Shown here: in pieces, positions 63,100 to 64,000 of the stretch
Layout: every line of letters begins with the position of its first letter
Numbering within the stretch: the stretch's first letter is position 1
Assembly: GCA_050084515.1 (NCBI GenBank)
Contig: CM114271.1
Location: forward strand, 23,994,001-24,058,000
DNA from: Blasia pusilla
Taxonomy: Eukaryota
Direction of reading: 5' to 3'
DNA length: 64,000 nt
The notes under the pieces: model-generated
The model's input: the letters and a program-made list of their open reading frames with translations, nothing else
Told to the model about the DNA's origin: nothing
Database searches by the model: none
Made by a program: the position numbers and the translations under genes

Positions 63100-64000
63100 C
63101 TTTGACAGGAAGCCTTCAGAGGAATTCTACTAGCTTTTTACTAGGCATTATGGATGGGCAGAGGCAAAAATGGTAGACAAACACCACTACTTGTCTAATA
63201 AAATCATTGAAAGTAGGCCTTTGATTCTAGATTAAAAGTTCTCCATCATAACCAAAGCTTGAATCAAAGGCACAGATATTTGTATATTCCCTCAGTTGAT
63301 GAGTCAACCAAGGGCTGATCTACTAAGGAAACGTGCAAAGGGTACCAAAAGGTCTCCCACTGCCTACTACACTGTTTGGAATTTACATCTTTACATTGGT
63401 GAGCTTGAAGATGTTGCTTCTGAGGTGGACAGGGAAGCACCAGAATTTGCTCGCAGGGTCCCCATTGCTACTGAATGTAGATGGCTTTGTCTTGACGTCA
63501 AAACCGCAACAAGTCTCCAACTCTACCTCGATAACTCTGGGAGTTGACAATAAATCGGGAATGGAAGTCAATCTGCAAAAAACAAAGGTAGTCATCTTTG
63601 GCTCTCAACTCAAAGCAACAAAGAAGATGTACACCTTCACAATTGGGAAGGCACTGAGGCCTGATGTAATTGAAATGGAGGGAGTGTACATCTACTAAGA
63701 AGTGGATATATCCCATGGTTTAGACTCAACAACCATTGGCATCCAATGGCAGTCACAATAAAGGTACCTCCTGACGTCAGATTGCAGGAGAATTGAAATG
63801 CGATGTGCACTCCAACTCTTCAATACTAAGTACAGACCAACTTTATGGCTCTGAAGTCTGGAGCCACAACTGTGTAACATGGTCAAAAGATTTGATGGGC
63901 CACAACAAACCTTTATGCAACAATGCCTCGGGCATAAGGAAAATGACATATCAGGATTTGGTACCAGGAAAGTTTAGGGAGGTCCAAAAGGAGATTCATG
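63100..64000 (+). mobile_element. Old LINE reverse-transcriptase remnant, antisense, probably within a VMP1 intron
   Basis: PLPTTLFGIYI (cf. PLSPTLF), LLNVDGFVL (cf. LYADD.VL), MEVNLQKTKVVIF; boundaries approximate. Confidence 0.65.

Overview
Eukaryotic plant DNA, most likely from a non-seed land plant such as a bryophyte (inferred from plant-type intron-containing genes and the TE types). Four minus-strand host genes flank a ~44 kb nest of decayed transposons (~7.5-51.7 kb): complex I B15/NDUFB4 exon 1, a 62-aa two-exon membrane protein, mitochondrial ribosomal protein mL54, and the 3' exons of VMP1/KMS1. The nest holds at least six pieces of a Ty3/Gypsy family (labelled Gy-1 to Gy-6). This family has a DNMT3-like C5 cytosine methyltransferase between protease and RT and a PHD finger after integrase. 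It appears to self-prime reverse transcription as Tf1 does. Its ends are circularly permuted: the integrated TG...CA ends with 4-bp TSDs lie inside the LTR as defined by PPT/PBS, giving Y-internal-X-Y-X or Y-internal-X. This suggests integration of circular cDNA at an internal att site. Inserted in one copy is a ~12.5 kb MULE-like DDE/SWIM DNA transposon. It carries a spliced ParB-N plus beta-class N4C/N6A methyltransferase-like cargo gene and dozens of regularly spaced 25-bp palindromes. A later ~15 kb inversion (29645-44687) split this transposase. All TE ORFs are interrupted by stops or frameshifts. Family assignments come from motif recognition by eye, not from database searches.
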